This document shows, in pieces, positions 23,701 through 31,942 of a stretch of DNA of 64,000 nucleotides (position 1 is the first letter of the stretch; every line of letters begins with the position of its first letter). The stretch is from contig CAYQYZ010000005.1 in the NCBI GenBank assembly GCA_964422025.1, forward strand, positions 2,743 through 66,742. Direction: 5' to 3'. The stretch comes from an uncultured Gammaproteobacteria bacterium (GTDB lineage Bacteria; Patescibacteriota; Microgenomatia; UBA1406; HO2-37-13b). The notes under the pieces were generated by a model, which was not told the origin of the DNA, did no database searches, and worked only from the letters and a program-made list of their open reading frames with translations. The translations under genes and the position numbers were made by a program.

Positions 23701-25485
23701 GAATCGGATCTTTCAGTCGCTAACACAACAAATGGGCAACCTATTAACCTAAAGCCAAATGAATGTTGGTCGTTGGATGCGAATTTAGGAGTCACAAAAT
23801 TACCATCGTGTCCCGTAGATCCAAAAGATGTTTCAAATCAACCGCCGCGACGAGTTCCTGGCGAACCACAACCTACTGCTAAACCCGGAGAAACACAACC
23901 CCAACCAGGGCCTGGTCAAACTACTCCAAAAGGTCCAGGGTCAGGCATAATAACCACTATCAGTGATAATGAAAGTGCTTTGAATGCAGACGCAACTATT
24001 GCTGCCTCCTATCGCACAACAAGCAGTGCTGAAAATATCCCCGCCACTATTGTTCCAAACGAAGATGGCTCGGTCACATATTCGGTTCCAAATTTCGATT
24101 CTGAACAGGATGAATACTTTATCGATATATATATAAACTACGCACTACCTGAAACTCCTTTAAAAACTCAGCGCGCCACTGCAAAACTACACATAAATAA
24201 AAACGAATACAACAATACCGGTGTTTGGGACACGGAAATCATATTGGATCCAGCTAACGATCCTGAATTTGATTCCACAATACCTACCCCTCAACCAGGA
24301 GATACATGGATGAAACCTACTGATGACAAGAAATATGTGCGTAGTTGTGTGAGTAATGAGAGACTATGTATCAGCGAAGGCGGAACTGTTTTTAGAGGCA
24401 CAACGAATCTAACATGCGCAAACCGTAATGCAGTAAAATGTTTATTCCCAATAATAGCTCCACGAGATTCAACACCAAGGACTCCTGCTCCAAGAACACC
24501 AGCACCGGATGCTAAACCATGGCTAGGACTCACTAATGATAAGCAAAGGTACAGAAGATGCTTGGCAGATGTCGGTGTTTGTAAGTCAAGGGCTGGTAAA
24601 GTGATTACAAGCACTGGTTGGAAATGTGAAACAGAATCCTTGACAAAATGCGAAATTCCAATCAGCAAAAGTACTATCATTATTGACGGAATAACAAATT
24701 TCAAAGGTGACGATAGACGCGATGCAATAGTTGTTCTTGATATCAGAACACTTGCCTCGGGTAGGGTTATTGATACAGATTCTTATGATGAAGATGATTT
24801 CCGCGGTTCATTGAATATGGCAAGCTTCACAAACACAATTCCTGTCAAAGATCATTTAGATTATCAAGTCGACTTTAAAGTAGTGAACAAGAGAACACGA
24901 GAAAAAGTTACTGGGTATGAATTTAAAAGCGTAGGAGGCCAAATGACGTGCAATGGGAAAACATGTACATCAAGTAAGGGCGGAGGGTACATAAAAGTAG
25001 AAATAAATAAAACTGAGGCTGATAGCTCATCAGTTCTTTCTTCCATATCTTTGAATAATGCTAGTGACCAAGCTATCACTTCCTTTTCTATAGCCTCATG
25101 CGATTCGTCCAATAAATGTACGTCAAACACAGTTCCCATAGGACTCGCCGCTGGAGCAAATACAAAATTCAAGCCAACATTCTCAGTACCTAGTACCACT
25201 CGACGATTGAGCTGTGTGGTTACGTTTGGCAATGGAACACGCAAACAATGCACTCCACAACTGGTCACCGGAAGTAATGGATTGCAATTTACTATTACTG
25301 CACAAGCAAATAATACGGTTAGTACAACCGTTCTCTCCCCACTTAAAACTGCCGACACTAATCGTGACTGTAAAGTGACAAGTGCCGATGCAGTAGGTTT
25401 GAGAGATCTGGACGGTAATGGAAGTGTAAATGCGGCCGACACGTCACTTTTCTTCAGCTACATTGGCCAGAATGCGTGCAACTGA
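20776..25485 (+). CDS. Giant Cys-rich surface protein (1569 aa): signal anchor, PT linkers, YGW module, FN3-like domain, C-terminal dockerin
   Basis: ATGA overlap with the upstream gene. YGW module at 22441-22875. FN3-like VAVSWTAP...HDYVASVYAF. C-terminal DTNRDCKVTSADAVGL / DLDGNGSVNAADTSLFFSYIG. Confidence 0.75.
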   Translation: MNISQLKNWKQRGEVATLFTVAALVLMAAGTLLGSARVVQDNVLKLGSFAYDNTYRAHFYKGPTFEEKDRIPGQPNSGYTLIRGSLCFTGTRIPSQLQQFWVHTPQDPNRGYPQKACDNTNTDTKDDCIVHEGRTVKYIAPQTSRPYCDSPDVGKANWRAWDFTLKLQAPYSKDLCSGLFVSSSSSFVSRDPIEIDMNAWHRYLGQHGVDCGPTPTVPVNPTNTPIPTDQPPVTEQPTIKVPTARPTIDNRITAGPTVRISIRPTDKPRCPDPKRPCPSITPVGECRTDITCSSKSKPCPSGYSCLFLNEDLNADNPGTCVSNDRKCNPTTTPTPPRATISPQPSCNDCVSQGKAYRCTGDVAFPGQSPAVYCSNTDTGRPASCQLCTPVSVTSSPEQAKIRGDIIVNSCKKPDSVDTRICSKTNPSTCLRGNTPVTFIGQDPTNPNKWVYSYEHTVAPIDGTTSYEPIERGLLYAEMQAYAHYSVNGLITDYGIVTYPPFQANQKPKVGYTTIPASDSESIINYEVLQNSIVCPPVSPSVKPSEAPTAIPSPSMCKFSATLEVRDEATNLPIPVSQMGDVNKWGVANDKQTNKPNTLFSISGDVVNGERVSRYNLKTDTLTFRPQDSKALYQEGDKAQAGLYIDTNKWKITRKIPCNGNGCPIPNEPGNNPILDQYGSTTTGFKMNCDQSSSYGWYVQKLPPTSPENPGQPGQPAGQCVLRDPVNAVKCSPKNVKAVRKSTSTVAVSWTAPDASCNFTPGSNGDFYRIDLIDMTENPRSVITTCDKITNTSKECTLSPTYHPNSSGQKGTFQAGHDYVASVYAFKEIPGSVDMCVSNNGNASFDRPAKDNGSGDAPEPTTAPIGGSDSNGNELLTRQLDWMVNNVGVCWAGWSHGKCSLAYNGTNKWAQSITDGRFKCFAPYGADKAVPGQETVVIGLMDGVEQINGVQTKRVDCIGNKENACIAAKDTKVSQCESDLSVANTTNGQPINLKPNECWSLDANLGVTKLPSCPVDPKDVSNQPPRRVPGEPQPTAKPGETQPQPGPGQTTPKGPGSGIITTISDNESALNADATIAASYRTTSSAENIPATIVPNEDGSVTYSVPNFDSEQDEYFIDIYINYALPETPLKTQRATAKLHINKNEYNNTGVWDTEIILDPANDPEFDSTIPTPQPGDTWMKPTDDKKYVRSCVSNERLCISEGGTVFRGTTNLTCANRNAVKCLFPIIAPRDSTPRTPAPRTPAPDAKPWLGLTNDKQRYRRCLADVGVCKSRAGKVITSTGWKCETESLTKCEIPISKSTIIIDGITNFKGDDRRDAIVVLDIRTLASGRVIDTDSYDEDDFRGSLNMASFTNTIPVKDHLDYQVDFKVVNKRTREKVTGYEFKSVGGQMTCNGKTCTSSKGGGYIKVEINKTEADSSSVLSSISLNNASDQAITSFSIASCDSSNKCTSNTVPIGLAAGANTKFKPTFSVPSTTRRLSCVVTFGNGTRKQCTPQLVTGSNGLQFTITAQANNTVSTTVLSPLKTADTNRDCKVTSADAVGLRDLDGNGSVNAADTSLFFSYIGQNACN

Positions 25486-25511
25486 GATTCTTCGCTCACG
25501 CTCAGAATGAC
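25484..25511. repeat. Family-1 repeat (reverse orientation), overlapping the stop codon of the 1569-aa gene
   Basis: gagattcttcgctcacgctcagaatgac. Confidence 0.8.
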
Positions 25512-25525
25512 CGTCTACTCATCGC

Positions 25526-25555
25526 TTGACTAATACAAAGCGTTTATCTTAGAAT
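25526..25555 (+). promoter_or_regulatory. Promoter; the predicted TSS coincides with the ATG at 25562
   Basis: TTGACT, 18 nt spacer, TAGAAT, 6 nt, ATG. Confidence 0.5.
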
Positions 25556-25561
25556 GAATCT

Positions 25562-28500
25562 ATGTACTCTGCCAAGCGCAATTCCGGTGAAATTTTGTCT
25601 ACCCTCCTTATCGTTTCTGCCCTTGTTATTACGTTTGGAAGCTTGCTGGGAGCCGGTAGCCGAATCTTAAAGAGTGATGCTTACGCGCCCGTGCCTCGAA
25701 TCGAGCGTACTGAAGAGAAAACCACACTTAAAGTTCTTGTTGATCCTACATTTACACAGTTAACGATTACAGGTGGCTTGTGTTTTGGAGCAGGACTCGG
25801 AAGCGGTATTGAAAAAACAACATTCTGGGCAAGCAATGATCCTCCAGGAAAAAATGTCATTTCTAATGTACTTGCGCAAACATTTAATGGCGGTTCCGGA
25901 GATTACCCTGCACCCTGTATTAGACCCGACTTTGAAGGAGACGCAATATTAACGAACAAAAATGCGACTTCTGCTCGAAATTTCGCGCTAACAGCCAAAA
26001 TGAGTCAGCCTCTAACCGATGCGTGTGTCGATGTATATTTGCATTTATACAGTAATCGACAAGGTCGCTGGCCAAATTTTAGAAGATTTAAGGTAAATAA
26101 GAATGGAATTTGTTTGCCATCGACTCCTACTGCGCAAGCAACGACTATTCCAACAGTGACTGGTGGACCAACCACTCAGCCAACCGTTACGGGAGCACCT
26201 ACAGTTGGACCAACCACCCGACCAACGATTCGCCCAACTGGAGGATTAACCGTTGTTCCTACAGCGCGAGTAACCCAAGAACCAACATTGCAACCAGGTA
26301 AGCCCGGTGCTTGTTGGCAACCATGTACGCAGCCAGGAAATAAGTGTGAACCCGGACTACAGTGTTTAACCAAAACATGTCTTCCCGGAACTCCAAATTG
26401 TGAAGATGGAACGGTGTGTTTGTCGCTTGGATTTCCTACTGACCCACGCTGTGTCAGACCAATTACACCAACAGCACAACCAACTAGAATGCCATGTAGT
26501 AACCCCACCAATACTGGAGGATGTGTACGGTTGACGATTACGCCAAAACCAACCGACGCAGCTTGTGTGCAAAATGCTCCCGGCTGGCTTGATAACGATC
26601 GTACCCGATTCATAAATTCTACGTGGGCTAAAAAGCATGCTTACGCTGATTGTCCAAGCGATAATAATGGTGGATGGCCAACATCGGCACTTGATTGTTT
26701 GATCGATGATCAGGCTTCGGGACCATCGGCCGCCGATAAACGCATTGTGAACGATCCGGCGTCACTGTACTACAAACATTTAACACCGACTGATCTGTTT
26801 ACGATCATTCCCCTCGGTTCTGTACGCTCACTTACCCAAGCTGTTGACGATGAGGTTAAGCGAGTCATTCGAGAAGCAATTGTAAATGCCGTTAAGAAAA
26901 ATCCAGAACGTTTTTCTGATATTTCATTCGATAGCATAAATGCCGGCATGGAAGGCGGACGCGATGGTGTTACTATGCGTTCCATTTCGCTGTGGGTTCA
27001 CCCAGTTGTTGAAACTATTATTACCGACGCTATTGGAATACGAGAACGTGCACGTCTCTTTGTAGAGCCGTATATCGAAGGTGCTATTGGAACAGATATC
27101 TCTACTGACGACGCCGAAATGCTCTACGCAGCAGCACTGAATAATTGTGGTGCAAGTGCCCAAGGCGGCGTTCAAAGCGGCCTGGGTGTTCGCAAGGTAT
27201 TTGGAGAGTACACAGCAGTTGTACAAAACTGGACCGATGGGGCCACAGCAGACGATATTTTCTCCGAGTACCGAGACTGTAACATTCATATCGTTCGAAC
27301 CATGATGTGTGAACCCACAACAACCCCCGTAAAACCAACCGGATCGGAAAAACCACATATTTCTGGGAAAATTACCGTAAGAAGCTGTAAAGAACCTGAA
27401 AGCATGCGCGTTTCGCGCTGTGAAAAAGGCGGAACCCGAGCGGATTGTAAGGATTTAGTACAAGAAGATCTGAGCAAAACCACCCCAGCTGACAACCGCA
27501 TTTGGGTAAATGAAGATGAAAGCGATCCAGAAAATGACCTGTTCGTATTCAACTACCGTTTGGTGACTGACAGCCAGAATGCAGCCATAGAGGAAGGTGA
27601 AGAATATCAGCTACCTAATAGTTCGATGAAGAATGACCTAACCGCCTATTATTCCGAACATCATGCAGACACCGTAATAGCCACTGGCGAGCGCGACTTT
27701 ATTATAAATGTTCCAGCGAGTGAATGCGGACCGGTTCCAACCGTCGAACCAACAGATGCTCCGAGTTGTATTTTTAACCCGGTCGCGTACGTAAAGATCC
27801 GAGAAAATGGGCAAGATACCCTGTTCCCTGAAGTTGGAAATGATGCCGAAGAATGGAGTACCACAAACGACAAACGACTTAAGAAGTATGGAGATGAGGT
27901 ATTCTACCGAGCTCCGTTTGATGAAGACGGTCAACTACAACCATGTGGACCTGACGGGTGTGATTTGACCGGAGAAAAATACTGCTGTGTTGATGACAAT
28001 AATACGCCTGCCGACTCGTACAATCTACGCAAAAAACCATACGACATTGCTAGTGTGTTCTTGTACTATCCAAAAGACAAATTCAGAATTGTCGCTAAAT
28101 GCGATCATACAGGAAAGTGTACAGAAATAGGAGAAGGAGATAGTCAAGCCGCTGCTCGACGAGTCGATAAACTTCCCGTTGGCTGTGGTCAGGAATATTC
28201 ATATGGCTGGGTAGTAGAGCGAAAGCCGCAAGCCATGTGTACGCTTACCGACCGATGTGCGCCTTCGATCGAGGACATTAAGCGTGACGATATTTCTGCT
28301 TCATCAGTCAAGCTTCGTTGGAATCAGCCTGAAGATGTTGATTGTAAATTCAATTCGTATGACTTAGATATCGTAGAGCCAACTGACGGTGGAATAGTTG
28401 TGTGTTCACTTCACGATATTGATCCAAGCGAAACTGAGGGTCGATGTAACCTACGATATAATCGTCCGACTGATGAGAGTCGCAAAGATGCGCTTACCAA

Positions 28501-29686
28501 AAATACGTGGCTCCGCGACGTTCCTTACGCCGTTAATTTATATGCACGCGATGATGAAGTTCCTGACTGTCGTTCAGAAGCTGGGCAAATCGAATTCACT
28601 CGTGACAGCGGATCAAATGATGCTGAATTTAACACATTCGCCCTCAATTTGTACGACGTCGACGAATTCGAAGAAGGTGGCGATAGCAATTTATGTTGGT
28701 CTGTCGCAAATAATGACGGTAAGCGCAATATCCGATCAGAACTTCCAGGCTCATTCTCATGCGCTGGCGATGTAGATCGAGATTCTAAAGGAAATGTACA
28801 GCGAGTATCAGTTTGTTACCACAATAAAAAAGGTGATCCAGCCAAAATTCGATGGCAGATGAGTCGATGTGAAGCAACAGATGACAATTGTCAGCAAGAT
28901 CCATTCGGCGCTAACGGTGACCGAACGGGCGATGATGGTTTGGAAACAGTAGCAGACGGTAATGCGAGCGTAGTAACCTGGGAAGTTTCTAAGTTTAAAC
29001 CGAATGATCCGATTGTTTCATGGAAAACTGATTTAGATGAATGCCCACGCGACTTTGAAGGAATTGATCCGTCAAACGGAATTAGTCGCCAGGTCATTCC
29101 CCCATTCCCACCAAGTAAAACGATTGCTCCACAAGGAGTTGCACCGGTTGGATTTGCTGCAGCATTCCCTGATTACCAAAAAACCGATGACGGCAAATTG
29201 CTCCTTAATGGCATTTACCTTAATGATATAACCATCGATCCATTATCGACTGATTCTGAAGGTAATATGGTGATTGCACAAGAAGAAGACTATCGTATTT
29301 CATTCATGCCAAAGTATGACAATCAGCTATTAATCGACATTTTAGCTGCGCCATTTGAAGAAGTTCGTGTCCGTGCAGAATCTCACTTGTTACAACTATT
29401 AGGATCCGAAGAGGCTGACGCATGTTGGTTAAATACTGTTGAATCTACAACCGATACCGCCAATCCTGCTGAGGCTGGTAAAAATTACATGCTATCATTC
29501 TGCGAATACCGCCTAGGAGCTGATATTAACGACGATGGCGTTATAAATGGTATAGACTTCGGCATATATGCATTTGCGGTCAATACCGAAGGCTACACGG
29601 GCCCTGCGGACATAAATAGTGATGGAGTAGTAGATGCTCGAGATGGATCAATAATCGCCGACAACTTCGGAAGGAAAACGAAATAA
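25562..29686 (+). CDS. Giant Cys-rich surface protein (1374 aa), paralog of 20776-25485, with C-terminal dockerin
   Basis: Same order of modules as its paralog: signal anchor, PT linker, Cys-rich region, GKITVRSCKEPES block, YGW module (27767-28222), FN3-like domain. Ends in DINDDGVINGIDFGIYAF / DINSDGVVDARDGSIIADNFG. Confidence 0.75.
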   Translation: MYSAKRNSGEILSTLLIVSALVITFGSLLGAGSRILKSDAYAPVPRIERTEEKTTLKVLVDPTFTQLTITGGLCFGAGLGSGIEKTTFWASNDPPGKNVISNVLAQTFNGGSGDYPAPCIRPDFEGDAILTNKNATSARNFALTAKMSQPLTDACVDVYLHLYSNRQGRWPNFRRFKVNKNGICLPSTPTAQATTIPTVTGGPTTQPTVTGAPTVGPTTRPTIRPTGGLTVVPTARVTQEPTLQPGKPGACWQPCTQPGNKCEPGLQCLTKTCLPGTPNCEDGTVCLSLGFPTDPRCVRPITPTAQPTRMPCSNPTNTGGCVRLTITPKPTDAACVQNAPGWLDNDRTRFINSTWAKKHAYADCPSDNNGGWPTSALDCLIDDQASGPSAADKRIVNDPASLYYKHLTPTDLFTIIPLGSVRSLTQAVDDEVKRVIREAIVNAVKKNPERFSDISFDSINAGMEGGRDGVTMRSISLWVHPVVETIITDAIGIRERARLFVEPYIEGAIGTDISTDDAEMLYAAALNNCGASAQGGVQSGLGVRKVFGEYTAVVQNWTDGATADDIFSEYRDCNIHIVRTMMCEPTTTPVKPTGSEKPHISGKITVRSCKEPESMRVSRCEKGGTRADCKDLVQEDLSKTTPADNRIWVNEDESDPENDLFVFNYRLVTDSQNAAIEEGEEYQLPNSSMKNDLTAYYSEHHADTVIATGERDFIINVPASECGPVPTVEPTDAPSCIFNPVAYVKIRENGQDTLFPEVGNDAEEWSTTNDKRLKKYGDEVFYRAPFDEDGQLQPCGPDGCDLTGEKYCCVDDNNTPADSYNLRKKPYDIASVFLYYPKDKFRIVAKCDHTGKCTEIGEGDSQAAARRVDKLPVGCGQEYSYGWVVERKPQAMCTLTDRCAPSIEDIKRDDISASSVKLRWNQPEDVDCKFNSYDLDIVEPTDGGIVVCSLHDIDPSETEGRCNLRYNRPTDESRKDALTKNTWLRDVPYAVNLYARDDEVPDCRSEAGQIEFTRDSGSNDAEFNTFALNLYDVDEFEEGGDSNLCWSVANNDGKRNIRSELPGSFSCAGDVDRDSKGNVQRVSVCYHNKKGDPAKIRWQMSRCEATDDNCQQDPFGANGDRTGDDGLETVADGNASVVTWEVSKFKPNDPIVSWKTDLDECPRDFEGIDPSNGISRQVIPPFPPSKTIAPQGVAPVGFAAAFPDYQKTDDGKLLLNGIYLNDITIDPLSTDSEGNMVIAQEEDYRISFMPKYDNQLLIDILAAPFEEVRVRAESHLLQLLGSEEADACWLNTVESTTDTANPAEAGKNYMLSFCEYRLGADINDDGVINGIDFGIYAFAVNTEGYTGPADINSDGVVDARDGSIIADNFGRKTK

Positions 29687-29693
29687 GATTCCT

Positions 29694-29774
29694 GTCATTT
29701 TGAATAGCACTGTCATTCTGAGCTCCGCCAGCTGGCGGAAGCGAAGAATCTCCGTATATACTCCGCTCGAGATC
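29694..29774. repeat. Composite repeat: family-1 with duplicated head and inner palindrome, joined to a family-2 terminal fragment
   Basis: gtcattttgaatagcactgtcattctgagc-TCCGCCAGCTGGCGGA-agcgaagaatctccgt, then actccgctcgagatc (13/15 to the reverse complement of the family-2 right end). Confidence 0.75.
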
Positions 29775-29814
29775 ATGATTCTCAGCTTGAAGCAGGAATA
29801 GTAATTAAGAAGAC

Positions 29815-30933
29815 CTATATAGAAAGCAAATCAAGCGCTTTTGAAAATAGTGACTGTTCTCGCCCACAGGGATTCATTGTGGTAGCCGACATACAAAAAT
29901 CTATATTAATCGGAACTGGAACTACTGCAAATAAGTACTGTTCAGATCGCCCCTTCAATTTATAAATCACTTCGGACGGTGTATTAATCACCTGAATCGG
30001 TGCTCGTACATCGCTAATAACATTAAGGTCCATCACATAGTCGGCAACTCGCTTAGGTAAATATGACAATGCTTTAAAGCCCGTTGGGGTATTGATCAAA
30101 AATTCCATTCGCGATAAATTCACCGCGATTTTACCATCAGTAGGCGTTACAATTGCGACAATATCTCCTTTAGTAATACTGAATGACCCATCTCCTAACG
30201 AAGCTAGCTTAATATTATTAAAGCCCAACCACTGATTCAATGCCGAAATTGTTTCCGTGGCATCTGTTTCTTGCACTCGTGAGTTTATGTCCGACGTATA
30301 TACTTGCTGATAAGCTATGCCGTCCGGTTTTGTTATGTCATTTGAAACCGGTTCACTTCTTGAAAAAAAAGCGAGCAGTCGGTCGACAGATGAGGTCGTA
30401 GTACTTGTATTCGCTGTAGACTGGCCTGTTTGTGCCGTAATAACGGTTGTGGTAACTACTTCTGTTTTGGGAGTAAGTTCTTGTGTTGTCGTTGTAACTC
30501 CTCCAGGAGTATTTTCTACCACTACCGTTACTGTTTTACCGCCTATATCGATTTCAGTTGTTGGCGTTCCGCCAGGAATTCCGACACCCGGTACATATAC
30601 TGGCTCATCAGGCACTATAAATGTTGGTGTTGGAATAGGATTCTGCACCGTTTGTGTGGGTTCGATAGGTATTGCAGTTACCAGTGCAACTGTAGGCTGC
30701 ATGGTAGGTGCGATACTTGGCACAATAGAAATGGGAATAATTGCCTGAGTAGGTTGCGGTTCAGTTTTTCCTGGAATCTCACCGCTGCCTGTTTCTAAAC
30801 CCAAAACACGTGGTCGGCTGTGGTTATACCACACGGTGGCAGCGAGCATAAAGAGAATTAAAGAATAAAGAACTACATTTGGAATCTGTTTTTTACTGCG
30901 TTTAATTTTTGCATGCTTGCGATATTTGCGCAT
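29815..30933 (-). CDS. Hypothetical membrane-anchored protein with a Thr/Pro-rich linker
   Basis: Basic N-terminus plus TM helix, low-complexity linker and a C-terminal globular domain of about 190 aa with no recognised motif. Confidence 0.6.
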   Translation of the reverse strand: MRKYRKHAKIKRSKKQIPNVVLYSLILFMLAATVWYNHSRPRVLGLETGSGEIPGKTEPQPTQAIIPISIVPSIAPTMQPTVALVTAIPIEPTQTVQNPIPTPTFIVPDEPVYVPGVGIPGGTPTTEIDIGGKTVTVVVENTPGGVTTTTQELTPKTEVVTTTVITAQTGQSTANTSTTTSSVDRLLAFFSRSEPVSNDITKPDGIAYQQVYTSDINSRVQETDATETISALNQWLGFNNIKLASLGDGSFSITKGDIVAIVTPTDGKIAVNLSRMEFLINTPTGFKALSYLPKRVADYVMDLNVISDVRAPIQVINTPSEVIYKLKGRSEQYLFAVVPVPINIDFCMSATTMNPCGREQSLFSKALDLLSI

Positions 30934-30939
30934 ATATTA

Positions 30940-30968
30940 GTATTACATGAATTACTAATAAGAGTCAA
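30940..30968 (-). promoter_or_regulatory. Promoter; the predicted TSS coincides with the ATG at 30933
   Basis: Minus strand TTGACT, 17 nt spacer, TAATAC, 6 nt, ATG. Confidence 0.45.
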
Positions 30969-30983
30969 TACTTATCGCTCTCG

Positions 30984-31010
30984 GTCATCCTGAACTTGTT
31001 TCAGGATCTC
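30984..31010. repeat. Family-1 repeat, CTGAA/TTCAG variant
   Basis: gtcatcctgaacttgtttcaggatctc (8-bp stem ATCCTGAA/TTCAGGAT). Confidence 0.7.
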
Positions 31011-31035
31011 ACTGTTAACTCTGTATAATACTCAT

Positions 31036-31305
31036 ATGGATTCCATAAAAACAGTGCTTACAAAATACAATCCAAAGGTTGATAAATACGTTTCTCGGGA
31101 ATTTCAATCGTACGGCGTTCATTTAGCAGCAAAGTTGGAAGATGAAAAGCACAAAAGCTTATACATAAAAATGTCAAAAACAGTCCCCCGCCCTATTCTA
31201 GAAAAAGCCTTGAGCTTTGTAATCGATTCCGGTGCCCGAAAAAAGGGTGCGCTGTTTATGTGGAAGCTGAAAGAACTGGGGGCAGTTGGGAAAAAATCTG
31301 TGTAA
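31036..31305 (+). CDS. Hypothetical small protein (89 aa)
   Basis: TATAAT (31024-31029) lies 6 nt upstream of the ATG. The 3' end overlaps the convergent pth gene by 50 nt. Confidence 0.45.
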   Translation: MDSIKTVLTKYNPKVDKYVSREFQSYGVHLAAKLEDEKHKSLYIKMSKTVPRPILEKALSFVIDSGARKKGALFMWKLKELGAVGKKSV

Positions 31306-31774
31306 ACACCTTTTCTATTGTGACAAACTCTTCGGACGTGAAATTTTGCAGCGTATATTCCACACCCGCTACCCTGTTTTCCGAATCTCGGTTTTCAATT
31401 CCAATCCGAACCCGGGTAAAATCCTTTGTGCCCAGTTCGCGCTCTATAGAAAGTATTCCATTGTGCCCATACGGACCTTTTCCGTGTTGAATCTTGAATT
31501 CACCGAGCTTTATATCTAAATCATCGTGCACAATTATAAGGTCGTTTGAATCGACTTTATAAAAGTTCATTGCCTGACGAACTTCTATACCTGAATCGTT
31601 CATAAAACATTTGAGTTTTAAGGCTTTCCACCCAGACTTGTCATTCAGAGCAACATTGTCATGCTGAACTTGTTTCAGCATCTCCTCCGCCCTATCCACC
31701 AACATAACTCCCACATTATGACGAGTCTTTTCATATTTTTCTCCGGGATTTCCCAGGCCAATCAGTAGCTTCAT
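31256..31774 (-). CDS. pth: Peptidyl-tRNA hydrolase
   Basis: LIGLGNPG..Y..TRHNVG, FMNDSG, HDDLD and GHNG motifs. Start set at MKLLIGLGNPG, because the longer ORF would run into tRNA-Leu. Confidence 0.9.
   Translation of the reverse strand: MKLLIGLGNPGEKYEKTRHNVGVMLVDRAEEMLKQVQHDNVALNDKSGWKALKLKCFMNDSGIEVRQAMNFYKVDSNDLIIVHDDLDIKLGEFKIQHGKGPYGHNGILSIERELGTKDFTRVRIGIENRDSENRVAGVEYTLQNFTSEEFVTIEKVFTQIFSQLPPVLSAST
31640..31685. repeat. Family-1-like sequence (duplicated head plus CTGAA/TTCAG hairpin) embedded in the pth coding sequence
   Basis: gtcattcagagcaacattgtcatgctgaacttgtttcagcatctcc. Same layout as 29694-29725 and same hairpin as 30984-31010. Confidence 0.6.
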
Positions 31775-31799
31775 GTGTACAGTATAATATATAAACACA

Positions 31800-31883
31800 G
31801 CCAGGGTGGCGGAATTGGCATACGCGCACGGTTCAGAACCGTGTCTCAGCAATGAGGTGAGGGTTCAAGTCCCTCCCCTGGCA
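31800..31883 (+). tRNA. tRNA-Leu(CAG)
   Basis: Acceptor GCCAGGG/CCCTGGC. Anticodon arm CACGG-TTCAGAA-CCGTG. Long variable arm. T-arm GAGGG-TTCAAGT-CCCTC. TATAAT at 31783-31788. Confidence 0.9.
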
Positions 31884-31904
31884 CATACGACATAGTCCAT
31901 CTGA

Positions 31905-31934
31905 TTGACAACACCTGCCTAATTTAGCTATCAT
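31905..31934 (+). promoter_or_regulatory. Promoter of the pectate lyase gene
   Basis: TTGACA, 18 nt spacer, TATCAT, 8 nt, ATG at 31943. Confidence 0.5.
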
Positions 31935-31942
31935 AGGTATGA

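Noticed and set aside
31256-31305. 50-nt overlap of convergent genes 31036-31305 and pth, considered as a sign of a frameshift or miscall
   Set aside because: pth has a family-typical length and the small ORF has its own -10 box. The overlap is kept but lowers confidence in the 89-aa gene.
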